From: Escherichia coli
GTDB lineage: Bacteria; Pseudomonadota; Gammaproteobacteria; Enterobacterales; Enterobacteriaceae
Reading direction: 5' to 3' (one strand)
Assembly: GCF_003334815.1 (NCBI RefSeq)
Contig: NZ_QOWO01000026.1
DNA length: 62,123 nucleotides
Shown here: in pieces, positions 62,047-62,123 of the stretch
Layout of the letters: each line of letters starts with the position of its first letter
Numbering within the stretch: position 1 is the first letter of the stretch
Position numbers and translations under genes: made by a program
Notes under the pieces: generated by a model
Databases searched by the model: none
What the model saw: only the letters and a program-made list of their open reading frames with translations
Told to the model about the DNA's origin: nothing

Positions 62047-62123
62047 CTGATGAATCCCCTAATGATTTTGGTAAAAATCATTAAGTTAAGGTGGATACAC
62101 ATCTTGTCATATGATCAAATGGT
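62047..62123 (+). mobile_element. IS10 outside end (first 77 bp; the element continues past the window)
   Basis: CTGATGAATCCCCTAATGATTTTGGTAAAAATCATTAAGTTAAGGTGGATACACATCTTGTCATATGATCAAATGGT matches the IS10/Tn10 outside terminus, including the pIN region with its dam GATC (62113-62116). The flanking 9 bp GGCTTAACT resembles the NGCTNAGCN target hotspot. Confidence 0.9.

Larger units (their letters stand above)
59751..62123 (+). mobile_element. Left part of a glyU-integrated genomic island (integrase, T7-like cis signals, IS10); continues beyond the window
   Basis: The integrase gene starts 115 bp after the tRNA 3' end. The sequence has no counterpart in the K-12 glyU-ygeQ (ETT2) junction as I recall it. 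GC content and codon feel differ from the core. attR is not in the window. Confidence 0.8.

Noticed and set aside
59599-62123. ETT2 type III secretion remnant, expected next to glyU in K-12 and O157
   Set aside because: No ygeQ/ETT2-like sequence appears in the visible 2.4 kb after glyU; the space is occupied by the integrase island instead. ETT2 may still lie beyond the island, outside the window.

Overview
Escherichia coli-type chromosome. About 59.7 kb is gene-dense conserved core, collinear with the K-12 serA-to-glyU interval but read in the opposite orientation to K-12 numbering. In order: serA, ibsC/sibC, ygfA, 6S RNA (ssrS), zapA, ygfB-pepP-ubiH-ubiI, gcvTHP, ygfF, bglA, yqfB, yqfA, ygfZ, sdhE-ygfX, fldB, xerD-dsbC-recJ, prfB (programmed +1 frameshift)-lysS, idi. 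Next comes a ~33-kb purine/xanthine/urate transport and catabolism supercluster (uacT, ygfT/S, ghxQ, guaD, xanQ, xdhD-ygfM-ssnA-ygfK, mocA, yqeC/B, yqeA-hyuA-ygeY-dpaL-ygeW, the sigma54 activator ygeV, xdhABC), followed by ygeR and tRNA-Gly(CCC) glyU. RF2 has Ala246, not the K-12-specific Thr246, so this is not a K-12 allele set. I found no rRNA and no CRISPR array. The unusual part is the last ~2.4 kb. Directly after glyU, where K-12 and O157 carry ETT2 remnants, sits an island led by a tyrosine integrase, and its visible non-coding content looks like bacteriophage T7 signals. These are two tandem 138-bp repeats that each carry a near-perfect T7 RNA polymerase promoter, a 20-nt match (from my memory of the T7 genome) to the T7 terminal-repeat/concatemer-junction pause site embedded in the integrase gene, and weaker echoes of T7 left-end sequence. 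An IS10 copy then cuts the island at the window edge. I read this as a candidate T7-group-phage-dependent element, either a satellite or hijacker or a T7-RNAP-triggered island. Only its left edge is visible, so function is inference. A secondary observation: an exact 12-mer (CTCATATTGATA) recurs upstream of candidate sigma54 promoters in the purine cluster and may mark a shared upstream activator site.
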